Origin: a virus
Taxonomy: Duplodnaviria > Caudoviricetes
Length of the DNA stretch: 60,008 nucleotides
IMG/VR virus record: IMGVR_UViG_3300032330_000731
Span: 1-60,008 of that record
Direction: 5' to 3' (one strand)
Notes under the pieces: generated by a model
What the model was told of the DNA's origin: nothing
Database searches by the model: none
What the model saw: the letters and a program-made list of their open reading frames with translations, nothing else
Translations under genes and position numbers: made by a program
In this document: positions 7,368 to 16,755 of the stretch, in pieces
How the letters are laid out: each line of letters begins with the position of its first letter
Numbering within the stretch: position 1 is the stretch's first letter

Positions 7368-10300
7368 CTTGAGTGTTGCTGGTCAGTTTGTTTTCTGCTG
7401 CCGTGATTTGCCTTAGTGCGTCACGCTTATCATCAGAAGACATACTAGACGAGTTGACCATAATCCGCATCTCTCGGAATTTCTTCATGGTCTTTTCAAG
7501 AGTTTTAACATACTCTTCAGCAACCAGCATCTTGCCGTTTTCTTTTAGATAATCAGCCCGGTCATTGAACCTGAATGTACGCTCAAGTAAGTTATCCGTG
7601 CGTACAACTTGGTCTGCTGCGTTTTTCATTTCGTAGTAAGCAGTGACTGTCCCGCGAGCTTCAGAATCAATCAAGAAGCGCTTTAGCACCGGCATTTGAT
7701 CAAGCCGCTTAGAAGGCTTTTCAATGTCGCTGTTCATGCTGTAAACAGAATCAACGACATCCATCAGGTACATGCCCATTGTTCCTGAGTAGCCTTTGAT
7801 CATGTGATCAAGCTTCATTGGTGAGATGTTTAAAGCCTTACCAATGTCGGCTGCGACACTTGTTGTGCCGGGTCCAGCCTGATACCCGGGAGCTACACCT
7901 TCCATGCCTTGCCCAACAATAGGACGCTGGGTAAAGAATGAGTAGTTTGTAACAGCTTCCACAACAGGTAACGCAGCTTGAGGAATTGGATTAACTGCTA
8001 GCGTTGTTGAAAGCTGCCTAGCCATTGACTTCATAAAATCTTGGCCCGTGTCGTCACCAAAGCTGTAAGCAAGAATCCGCTCAGGGATTACTTTAAACAA
8101 GATACCAATTTCAAACGGGATTGGAATCTTGATGCCCAGCGAAGGAAGAAGCCAGTAGTTATCCCTATTCTCGGATTCTTGTTTCTTGTACTCATCATCA
8201 TCGTGTGTCAGTGCCCAGTACATAGCCGATAGAGCCATCATTTGAGCGCCACGAATAAAGAATAACTTTTGAACCTTCTCTGCGTTTGCTGAGTTAATTT
8301 CACCAAAGCCGGCTCGGTACAGTACATCCAAGCCTTGAATACGTGCATTCAGGAATGGGATTGCAGCAGTGATGACGCGGATGACAGGGGAGTTGCCTTT
8401 GCGGTTGAAGTTCATCACTTCAAGAGCGCGGAACAAAGCTTCTGCCTCGTTGCCAGTCTCTGCCAAAGTCTTTTTATAGACTTCAATCCGGGTTGCTGCG
8501 TCAGAGGCAGTGGTTCCCTTTTCAAGGGCAGACCAAAGACCTGTAACCGGGGAAAGAATCTTCTCAGTCGTGGTCGTGGTTCCGGTCTTCTTGCGAAGCT
8601 CCTTTGACAAAACCTTACCGCTGTACTCAATGTTTTGAGAGAATTCGTGACCGCCCAGAACACCTGCGTTTAAAAGAGCCTGGAATTCAGGAGATTTGCC
8701 TGCGATTGCGCTAGTAAAGTTTTTGATGGTGTCAACGATAGGCACCATCTTGATACCTGAAGTGACATGCGCAGCCAAAGAATCACGCATCATGTTGGCA
8801 AGCATGAAGCCTGGGTCTTTGGTAACCATCGTGCGGAGAAGGTTCGCTGGCCCAGAGATAAATGCGTTAAACGGTAAATCTGCTGCGTTTAGTGCTTTAA
8901 GTGATTCAATCCAAAGTGGGTCAGAGGAACGGTAGTATTTCTTCAACCCTTTTTCAAGAATTACAATGTCGCTGGGAAGCGATGACGCATAGTTTAAAGG
9001 CTTAATAAAGTTAGGCCCAAGCTGCATTGCAACGTTTACAGCCCTCTGCGCAGCCGTGTTCTTAACACCAGCCTGAATGATGGACTGCGTGTTGCGAACG
9101 ATGGTTTCCATGAAGTCTGCAAGAGGCGCTTCACCACCCTTAATCTTCCTGGGCTGCTTTACACCACTGATTGATTGAAAGATGTTAGGGCCAATCGTGG
9201 CTTCACCATCTAATTGACGATAGAAGGGAATGTAATCAGAATGCTCTGAAAACTTCTTGGCGCCTTCTTTGTCAATGATTCCAGTGTCCAGCATGTATTT
9301 GACAAGGCCATCATTGAATTTAATGTAGTCTTTTTGGATGTTTACAAACTCAGGGTATCGAGCTTCAATATTTCTAGCTTCCTGCAAGTCTGCAGCCGTG
9401 TAAGGCGTGTCAATACCTTGTGCATTAAATCGACTAGCCCGTTTTGAGCCTGCCCACTGTTGGTAGGTTTGATAGATGTACGGGTCGCCCTTACCAAGCT
9501 CTGTTAGCTTGGCAAAAATCTGCATTGGCCCGCCGACAGTACCATTTACGTTACTAATAACAGTGATGCCATTACGGAAAACAGGGATACCACCAACACG
9601 GTCATGTACACCCAACGCAGACGCAGTTAAACCTGCACCAAGGTCAGACTGTAATGCAGCAGCTTCTGAGCTTGCATCGGCAAGAAGGCCAGGGATACTC
9701 ATTTGATCAGCAAGCATCTTGTCGTACTTGCCAAGCTGGTTATAACGGTTAAGGTATTGCTGACGGTATGTTGAGAATGCTGTAGGCGCGATTGCTTCCA
9801 TCATCCGCGAAATAAAGCCCTTATCTTTGCGGGCAGTGGTGATGCGGTCGATTGATGCTTGGGTTGATTGTGGGAATGTGGAGCGCAGGCTGAATTTACG
9901 GGGAGCGTAAACTTCTTTAATGTCTTCTCGCGTTAAGGTTCTTGCTTTTTTCCCATCATTAAAATCAACAACCGGGAATTTATAAGCTTTAGTACCAACT
10001 CTTACATCTCTTGAGCCAACAACAGTTGCTTGAGTTGGGGAGGGGTGCAGGTCTGACCAAGTTGCTAATACTTTAGTCCCAACGGGGATGGAGACAAACC
10101 CAGGGAAGACTTCTTCCAAGCTTGTCGCAGGCTTTGATTCATCTAACTTCTTTTGAAACACAAGAGCATCTACATACTCTTTGTTAGTTTCATCATATCG
10201 TTTTTGAAATTCATCAAAAGTTATTTTGCCGGAAGTGTATTCATTCCCAATTTGGTCCCTGATGTTTTGGATACGCTTAAGATAAGTGCCATCAATCTTT

Positions 10301-13300
10301 GGGCCAATAGTTGGTACTTCTTTACCGCTGCGCAGGCTAAACCTGGGCAGGCCAGTAGTCTTCACCTTGTCCTGCATGGCAGGGGTTACGTCGAAGCCGG
10401 GTTGTTGCACCCTTGCATCGTTAAGCAGTTGTTGCGTGGCTTGTTCTTTGGTTAAGTTAAATGCAATTGGCTCAAAATATGGGCCGTCAAATTCATCAAG
10501 CATGCGCTCTTCGATAGCGTATGTACCATCATCGTCTTTCACGATTCGTAAATCTTTACTGCGGGACAGACTAACTGTCCCCATCTGCCCGCCACCAACT
10601 TTTGGCAGCAGCTTCTTTACTGCCGTAGGTACGATGGTGTCGTAAAAAGCACGCATGCCTTTGGCTTCAATCTTTAAATCGTTGCCTTCGTAGTCACGGA
10701 CATTTTTCTTAAAATCGTCAGACGCGCCTGTTTTAACAACAGCCCCGGTTTCATTGATAATTTTGTCGGCCATCTCTTTACCGACAAGCTCTTCAAGAGC
10801 CTCTGGGGCGGCTCCATTTTTAGGCGTTATTTCTTGAGAAATATTGCTATCAATAGGCACCGCCCACAAAGTCCATTTTCCGTCTGAATGCTTAACAGCG
10901 CGGATTAGTTTGACCTGTTTATCAAGCGAAAATCTTTCAGTAGCTTGCTCCCCACGAACAAACGCCACCTTGTCATAGCCGCCTTCAGCGGCCATAACCA
11001 TGATGCGTTTGAGAGCGAGGTTTAGCCAGCCTTCGGTTTTGGTGACAAAGGGGGCTGCTGGAGGAAGCCCCATGCGCTTTGTTTCTTGAATCGCAAACTG
11101 TTGATCCTCGACCGGCATAGAGTCAAACTCTTCGCGGATCATTTGGTTTGCCTTTAAAACTGCCTCAATTGTTCCAGCAAAGCCTTTTTTCTTTCCTTCC
11201 TGGCCGAAATCACTTTGGAGTTCCTCTACAAACAGCACCTTATTACCATCAGCATCAGTGCGGTCGTTTACACGAATGTGGGCAAGGACGTTGGGCTGAT
11301 CCCAGTGGCTGGACTGGTAGTTGCTGTCCTCGACGGCCCTGCGGCCCCTCTGCAACTGGCGGAGCTTTTCGATTTCGTCAGCCGTCAGGTCGGCAAGCCC
11401 CGCCGCCCGGCCGTATTTGTCGAACAGCTCCTTGTTGTAGTCGTCGAGCGCGGAGTCGGGCTTCTTCTCCGGCAGCGTCAGCAATACCTCACGGTAGTTT
11501 TCACCACCGGGGAGGGTGTATTGGCCATACTTGGTGGGCTTTTCAACTTCAGCATTGAACAAATCACCATCAATATCCCTAAATCCACCCGTTGCAACAT
11601 CATCAAGAACTGTCTCCTCAACCTTTACACCACCTTCCTTTAGGTAGGTAAGAAGCTCATCCTTGGTAACTGTGCCCTTTTGTAGGTCAAGCCAGTCCTT
11701 TACACCTGACCATTCAATCTCATCAGGCTTTACACCCTTCTGCGTTAGGCCATTGATGTAGGCTTTCCAAGATGCTGCGGGAGCTTTGTTAGACCCTGCT
11801 TCAATCTTGTTTTCAAGCTCTGAGTACATGCCCAGCTTGTCACGCAGGCTGTAGCGAATGTCAGGATTTGTTTTGCTGTAGGTGCCAATGTTGCCTGTGG
11901 CTGATTTGATTTGAGTAGGCTCAAATGCGACAAATACATCCCCAAACTTTGGGTCAAATGTATTTTTAATAATTACGCCGTCGTGTTTTTGGGATTTTGC
12001 TTTTTTAATTAAATCAGCGTAAGAAATATCTCTAAATTCTTGCCCTTTCATGTCATAAACAAAAGGATTTTGCAGACTTAGGAATACCGGCATGATGTTT
12101 GCGCCGGACTTATTTTTTGTTAATAGAGTTTCAAACAAATCACTGGCTGCTTGATTTCTTGCACGCCACTCATCCGTCATCATCCAACCGTCAGTGCGGG
12201 CGCCCTTCGGCTTAAGTGAATCTCTATATTCTTGCGCATATTTAAATGCTTTTGCATCTTCTTCCGGCCATGAAGTAATAATCTCTTTTACCGAGATTTG
12301 ACCCTTTCTGGAGGCATTTCCTCCCGCGTACTCAGCAGCATTATCAGTTGAGTTTGTAAAGAAAAAGCCCTCGTATGCGCTTTTTGCTTTTGTGTTAACT
12401 CCAAGTGCATTTTTATTAAATTTAAAAATGTTTCCTGTAGTCCCGTGGTAAACCACCAGCGGCTCACCCTTATCATCTACCACCTTGCTATCACCAAACC
12501 AGTCTTTAAACGCTTCTGTTTTAGGAGCGCGCAGGCTGTAGCGGATTTTTACATTTTTATTAGCATCGTACTCAGACTTAATACCTTGATACTCTACAGG
12601 CACGTTATGGTTCAAAATTACCATCATGCCCATGTTAGGCACGGCATAGCCATCGTACCCCGCATCAACAATCAGCGACTCCATAGTATTGGCATCGCCG
12701 CGAGCTTTTGAGTAAATCTTACTTAAAGCAGCCGGTGGGATAATATTGTCAAATTTTTGAGTATAAACATAGCCGCCAACGCCAGACTCTGGCAGCGGCA
12801 TCGTTCCGTCTGTTTTCTCAATATAAAAGTAAACACGTTTCTTTACACGGTCATCCCAGTGCTGATCAAGCCGTCGAGCTTCTGCACCACGAAGGCCAGT
12901 GCCATACTTAGATGCGTCTAAGGTGTCAACTTTTGACTTGCCGTAATGAACGCCGCTAAAAGTAACAGAATCATCCTGCTTGGTGCCAAGGATTAAACCG
13001 TCCCTGGCAATTGCTTCCTTCCAAGTCCATTCAGGCATAAGACCAGTTTTTTGGTCCGCATAAATGGTGTCGGCGCCACTTGCTGTTTTGTTAAATTCAG
13101 CATTAGGACCAAAATTAACAGTTGAGTTTTGACCTCGCGTTTCGCTGGTCATTGCGCCAATAGCAGAGCCTGTAAACAGTTTTACATGAGCTTGCCATGC
13201 GTTTTCTTCGCCATCCGCCCTGAAGCCTGCACCTTCTAACCCATGCCCAAAAGCATCATGTACTGCGCGAAAAAGGTCATTAGCCAGAACTTTTTTCATC

Positions 13301-16300
13301 GGCCCATTGAGACTACCGCTAGGCCATTCAAAATCAGTTTTTGCCAATAACGGATTTGTGCTTACGTCCAAATCACTTGAGCCAAACCCAGCGGTCGTGG
13401 GGAAAACTCCCATCACTTGGTTTTTACGCAAATCACGAATTGCATTCCAAGGGGACGCAATGTAGTCTAAATTGTCTGCGCTATTAAAATCAATAAACCA
13501 GAATTTATACCCAGACTTCTTTAATGCAAGGTACTGATCGGTTGTTTGCTGGATAAGGTTTTTATAAGCCTCTTTGACAACAGGGTCTTGAGGATTATGC
13601 TGCATCGCCTCATAGGCGTCGGCCAGACGCTTTCCTCGGGCGGGGTCTGCCTTGACGTATTCCGTCTGCCGCCTTAGCTTTATTCCTTTGTCTTTTGCGT
13701 ACCGTTCAGCAACGTCAACAATTTTGGGGTCTGGCCCGTTAGCGCCTGGGACAGACGGAGCGCCTTGTAAAGGCGCAATTGTGCGGTCCTCTCCCCGTCG
13801 CTCTCCTCTGTCTCCGGGTTCTGCTGCTCGGATGGAAGACCTTGCCTTGCTTCCTTCGCGGCTTCCTTCATCGGGTCGAACGGCAGATTGTTTAGATCGT
13901 ACTTGTCCATTTTTTTCTCCTTCAACTTGTTGCAAGGTAGATTGTACGCTAGCTTGCGTTGCTTTAGGAGCCTTTAGCTGACCCTTAGCCACCTTGGTAA
14001 AGATTTGTTCTGCGATTTGATCAGACGTATAGAACCCGGTCCCGTTCAACGCAGACTTAATACCCTGAAACAGCATCTTCATGCGGGCAGTCAACGCAGC
14101 AAGCATGCCAGGAGGAGCCTTGACACTGAAGTCTCCAAAGGCATCAGCAATCGCCTCTTCAACAATCATGTCCATGTTGCCGTTGTACTTGACCATATAG
14201 GCGTCGTACCGGCTCATGGTCTTGCCATCAAGCTCTACCTGCCTGCTCTTGAGATACTGATCAATCCACTTACTATTAGCCTGACTGGTCAATGACTTCC
14301 ACTGACTGTCAGTGAAAAAGCCAAGCTCCTTTAAAGCATGGATGGTTTCATGCCTAAGAACACGCAAAGGATTGTCTGCATCAACAGCAATGCTCATTAG
14401 CTTTTCAGCATAAGAGCCTTCTTCTGCGGAGTTGATTTCTTCAATTAGCTTGACTGAAACATCCTTAAGACCCATGCGGGTAAGAATTGTTTTTAAAGCA
14501 TTAGAAAGCTGAACCTTCTTTTCAGCAATTTCTGCTTCAATCTTTTTGGTGTTCTCAGCCTTTTGTTGCTCAAGCTCTGCCCGCGTTTCTTTAGGAGCTT
14601 CTGTGCCGGGAGCTTCTGTCTTTTCGCGCAGAGATTCCTGAATAGGCGATGTTTGGAAAGCGTTAGGAAAATCTTTTACCAGCTTAGTGTTTTTAAACCT
14701 TAAAAGCGCAGCCTGATTGCCAGGGACTTGAAAAGACTGTCCTTGAAAGTTAAATGTGTGGCGGTTAGGAGCATTCGGAGCGGTAGACCCTTCAATTGCT
14801 TGATTAACCTTATCAAGAACAGTCTGCGCTTCTTCGTTTAAAGCAGTTACTGCCTTTGGAGCTTCTACGGGAGCTTCTTGCTTTGTTTTGCTGCCAGGAG
14901 TAACTTCAGTAATTGTTGTACCGAAGTGAATACCAGTGCCCTCGTTACCAATTGGGCTGGCTTCGCTATAGACCTCTACCGGGCTTAGGCCAACGCTGGG
15001 CGTGGTTTGATAAGGCACTGTAGCTAGTACCGTGCCGGCTTTTTTAGGACCGTAATCTTCTGTAAGCCTAAGCTCTAACTGCCCAGTAGGTTTATTGTCT
15101 TCAACGACAGGAACTAGCTCAGTGGCAATGTCTGCGTTTTGAAATACACCACCTACTTTGTTTACATCATCTGGGGTTAAGAATACAGTTTTAGCAGATC
15201 GCGGTTGCAGCCCAGTTGTGGTGTCAAGATGATTAGCACCGCTTCTGTTGCGCGTAGTGCTGTTATCGCTGTGATATGCGTATGTAGAACCACGTTCTGT
15301 TTTAAATGTGGAAACTACATCAGGCAAGTCTAGCAGTGGATTTACTGCAGTGGGTGCATTTCCTTCTCCACCAACAGGGACTCCAGCATCTTGCCCAGTA
15401 GGAATAGCTCCAGTTCGTTCAATTGACTCACCGTTTGCGGAGGTTCCAGCCGTGGGTTCCACAGCCACCGCAAGGTTTCCTCCACTTGGCTGTGCGACAG
15501 TTCTTGTAGCATCTTGTTCCTTTACAGATTGAATTTGATTAGCAATTGCAAGCGGTTGATTACCTGCTGCTAGTGCAGCTAACTCAGTGTTGGCATTGGC
15601 GATTTGGGCCGAAGGGTCTTGAGTGCCTTGCTGTAAATTACCAATCGCAGCCTGAGCATTAAGAATTTCTTGCTGAAGCCTGATTGTAGTTTGCTCTAGG
15701 CTTTCCCCTGCCCTTTGTCCAGGCTGAAGCGGGGCAGCAGGCGCACCTTGTCCAATAACGCCGCCAAGTACACCACCACCAATTGCACCAAGACCCGCAG
15801 CTTGACCTACACCTTGGGTCAATGAGCGGGTGGGATCAATCTGTTGAAGGTTGACATTGGATGCAAACTTGCCGCCACCTTCTTCAATCATTTCAGACGC
15901 AGCTTCGCCTAGTGCCGAACGAATGCGTCCTTCACCGGGAAGACCGGCCATCCTGCGTTCAATTGCTCGACCACCAGGAAGACGTTGGGCTAACAAAGAA
16001 ACAATGCCTGCTTCACCTGCGGTGGCTCTCGCCTTGCTAAGGGCTAAAGCCTGCCGGTCTTCTAAAGACATGCCAGGATATTGCTTTTCAGCTAAATCTA
16101 GTGCTTCTTTATAAGTGTCGGCACCAACATCTGCGCCCTGTTGTGCAACACCAGTGCCAATAGCCACCCTAGCTGCGCCGGCTCGGGCTGCAGCTTCTGC
16201 GGCTTCTTTGGTGCCATACTTGGCTAGTTGACGGGCGCCAGTTGAAAGAGCAGTGTACGCACCACCTGTCAACAACGCAGGAAGTAATTGAGGAACTTGC

Positions 16301-16743
16301 TCTGCGATAAATGAAACAAATAATGCAGGGTCTTTGATGGTAGAAGCTACTGCCGCGACACCCTCTGAAATAACACCATTCTTTGCTGCTTCTGCGATAA
16401 TTGATGCTTGCTGCGCTTCACGGGCCTTTAAACCTTCTGATTTAAGCGACTCAGCAAAGTCTTGCACCTTCTGCGGATACCGCATTGCTGCAGTGTCAAA
16501 GTTTCCAGTTGCCAGACCATAGACTTGACCCGGAAACTGGGCCATGCCAGCAAGGCCCTTTAACACAGCTACAGGAACATCTGCGGCCTTAAGGGCAGTG
16601 AGTTCAGTGCTTGGTGCAGGGGCCGGTTTAGCAGAGGACAAATGACTGCGTAACGCCTTAATCAGTAAGTTTGGATCAGCATTAGCCGGTCCTTCTACAT
16701 CATAAATTTTTCCATCAGGAGCCTGCACTTCATAGACCGGCAT
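7345..16743 (-). CDS. giant polyvalent virion/ejection protein (HExxH peptidase-like, ART-like domains, C-terminal LPD38-like)
   Basis: 3132 aa; HETIH at 14338..14352; FKDWFGDSKVVD..GEPLVVYHGT...QIKSA ART-PolyVal-like; IPFLNARIQG...IPIPFEIG LPD38-like; last gene of the virion arm. Confidence 0.85.
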   Translation of the reverse strand: MPVYEVQAPDGKIYDVEGPANADPNLLIKALRSHLSSAKPAPAPSTELTALKAADVPVAVLKGLAGMAQFPGQVYGLATGNFDTAAMRYPQKVQDFAESLKSEGLKAREAQQASIIAEAAKNGVISEGVAAVASTIKDPALFVSFIAEQVPQLLPALLTGGAYTALSTGARQLAKYGTKEAAEAAARAGAARVAIGTGVAQQGADVGADTYKEALDLAEKQYPGMSLEDRQALALSKARATAGEAGIVSLLAQRLPGGRAIERRMAGLPGEGRIRSALGEAASEMIEEGGGKFASNVNLQQIDPTRSLTQGVGQAAGLGAIGGGVLGGVIGQGAPAAPLQPGQRAGESLEQTTIRLQQEILNAQAAIGNLQQGTQDPSAQIANANTELAALAAGNQPLAIANQIQSVKEQDATRTVAQPSGGNLAVAVEPTAGTSANGESIERTGAIPTGQDAGVPVGGEGNAPTAVNPLLDLPDVVSTFKTERGSTYAYHSDNSTTRNRSGANHLDTTTGLQPRSAKTVFLTPDDVNKVGGVFQNADIATELVPVVEDNKPTGQLELRLTEDYGPKKAGTVLATVPYQTTPSVGLSPVEVYSEASPIGNEGTGIHFGTTITEVTPGSKTKQEAPVEAPKAVTALNEEAQTVLDKVNQAIEGSTAPNAPNRHTFNFQGQSFQVPGNQAALLRFKNTKLVKDFPNAFQTSPIQESLREKTEAPGTEAPKETRAELEQQKAENTKKIEAEIAEKKVQLSNALKTILTRMGLKDVSVKLIEEINSAEEGSYAEKLMSIAVDADNPLRVLRHETIHALKELGFFTDSQWKSLTSQANSKWIDQYLKSRQVELDGKTMSRYDAYMVKYNGNMDMIVEEAIADAFGDFSVKAPPGMLAALTARMKMLFQGIKSALNGTGFYTSDQIAEQIFTKVAKGQLKAPKATQASVQSTLQQVEGEKNGQVRSKQSAVRPDEGSREGSKARSSIRAAEPGDRGERRGEDRTIAPLQGAPSVPGANGPDPKIVDVAERYAKDKGIKLRRQTEYVKADPARGKRLADAYEAMQHNPQDPVVKEAYKNLIQQTTDQYLALKKSGYKFWFIDFNSADNLDYIASPWNAIRDLRKNQVMGVFPTTAGFGSSDLDVSTNPLLAKTDFEWPSGSLNGPMKKVLANDLFRAVHDAFGHGLEGAGFRADGEENAWQAHVKLFTGSAIGAMTSETRGQNSTVNFGPNAEFNKTASGADTIYADQKTGLMPEWTWKEAIARDGLILGTKQDDSVTFSGVHYGKSKVDTLDASKYGTGLRGAEARRLDQHWDDRVKKRVYFYIEKTDGTMPLPESGVGGYVYTQKFDNIIPPAALSKIYSKARGDANTMESLIVDAGYDGYAVPNMGMMVILNHNVPVEYQGIKSEYDANKNVKIRYSLRAPKTEAFKDWFGDSKVVDDKGEPLVVYHGTTGNIFKFNKNALGVNTKAKSAYEGFFFTNSTDNAAEYAGGNASRKGQISVKEIITSWPEEDAKAFKYAQEYRDSLKPKGARTDGWMMTDEWRARNQAASDLFETLLTKNKSGANIMPVFLSLQNPFVYDMKGQEFRDISYADLIKKAKSQKHDGVIIKNTFDPKFGDVFVAFEPTQIKSATGNIGTYSKTNPDIRYSLRDKLGMYSELENKIEAGSNKAPAASWKAYINGLTQKGVKPDEIEWSGVKDWLDLQKGTVTKDELLTYLKEGGVKVEETVLDDVATGGFRDIDGDLFNAEVEKPTKYGQYTLPGGENYREVLLTLPEKKPDSALDDYNKELFDKYGRAAGLADLTADEIEKLRQLQRGRRAVEDSNYQSSHWDQPNVLAHIRVNDRTDADGNKVLFVEELQSDFGQEGKKKGFAGTIEAVLKANQMIREEFDSMPVEDQQFAIQETKRMGLPPAAPFVTKTEGWLNLALKRIMVMAAEGGYDKVAFVRGEQATERFSLDKQVKLIRAVKHSDGKWTLWAVPIDSNISQEITPKNGAAPEALEELVGKEMADKIINETGAVVKTGASDDFKKNVRDYEGNDLKIEAKGMRAFYDTIVPTAVKKLLPKVGGGQMGTVSLSRSKDLRIVKDDDGTYAIEERMLDEFDGPYFEPIAFNLTKEQATQQLLNDARVQQPGFDVTPAMQDKVKTTGLPRFSLRSGKEVPTIGPKIDGTYLKRIQNIRDQIGNEYTSGKITFDEFQKRYDETNKEYVDALVFQKKLDESKPATSLEEVFPGFVSIPVGTKVLATWSDLHPSPTQATVVGSRDVRVGTKAYKFPVVDFNDGKKARTLTREDIKEVYAPRKFSLRSTFPQSTQASIDRITTARKDKGFISRMMEAIAPTAFSTYRQQYLNRYNQLGKYDKMLADQMSIPGLLADASSEAAALQSDLGAGLTASALGVHDRVGGIPVFRNGITVISNVNGTVGGPMQIFAKLTELGKGDPYIYQTYQQWAGSKRASRFNAQGIDTPYTAADLQEARNIEARYPEFVNIQKDYIKFNDGLVKYMLDTGIIDKEGAKKFSEHSDYIPFYRQLDGEATIGPNIFQSISGVKQPRKIKGGEAPLADFMETIVRNTQSIIQAGVKNTAAQRAVNVAMQLGPNFIKPLNYASSLPSDIVILEKGLKKYYRSSDPLWIESLKALNAADLPFNAFISGPANLLRTMVTKDPGFMLANMMRDSLAAHVTSGIKMVPIVDTIKNFTSAIAGKSPEFQALLNAGVLGGHEFSQNIEYSGKVLSKELRKKTGTTTTTEKILSPVTGLWSALEKGTTASDAATRIEVYKKTLAETGNEAEALFRALEVMNFNRKGNSPVIRVITAAIPFLNARIQGLDVLYRAGFGEINSANAEKVQKLFFIRGAQMMALSAMYWALTHDDDEYKKQESENRDNYWLLPSLGIKIPIPFEIGILFKVIPERILAYSFGDDTGQDFMKSMARQLSTTLAVNPIPQAALPVVEAVTNYSFFTQRPIVGQGMEGVAPGYQAGPGTTSVAADIGKALNISPMKLDHMIKGYSGTMGMYLMDVVDSVYSMNSDIEKPSKRLDQMPVLKRFLIDSEARGTVTAYYEMKNAADQVVRTDNLLERTFRFNDRADYLKENGKMLVAEEYVKTLEKTMKKFREMRIMVNSSSMSSDDKRDALRQITAAENKLTSNTQAMKKALQ
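13680..13910 (-). CDS. overprinted small protein inside the giant ORF (76 aa, MDKYDLNNLPFDPM...)
   Basis: alternative frame; SD GAAGGAG and TACAAT (-10-like, 13941..13946) directly upstream. Confidence 0.5.
   Translation of the reverse strand: MDKYDLNNLPFDPMKEAAKEARQGLPSEQQNPETEESDGERTAQLRLYKALRLSQALTGQTPKLLTLLNGTQKTKE
15342..15512 (-). CDS. overprinted small protein inside the giant ORF (56 aa, MLQELSHSQVEETLRWLWNPRLEPPQTVSQLNELELFLLGKMLESLLVEKEMHPLQ)
   Basis: hand translation in an alternative frame; SD AAGGA; amphipathic helical sequence while the main frame is low-complexity linker. Confidence 0.55.
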   Translation of the reverse strand: MLQELSHSQVEETLRWLWNPRLEPPQTVSQLNELELFLLGKMLESLLVEKEMHPLQ

Positions 16744-16755
16744 ATAAATTCCCTT

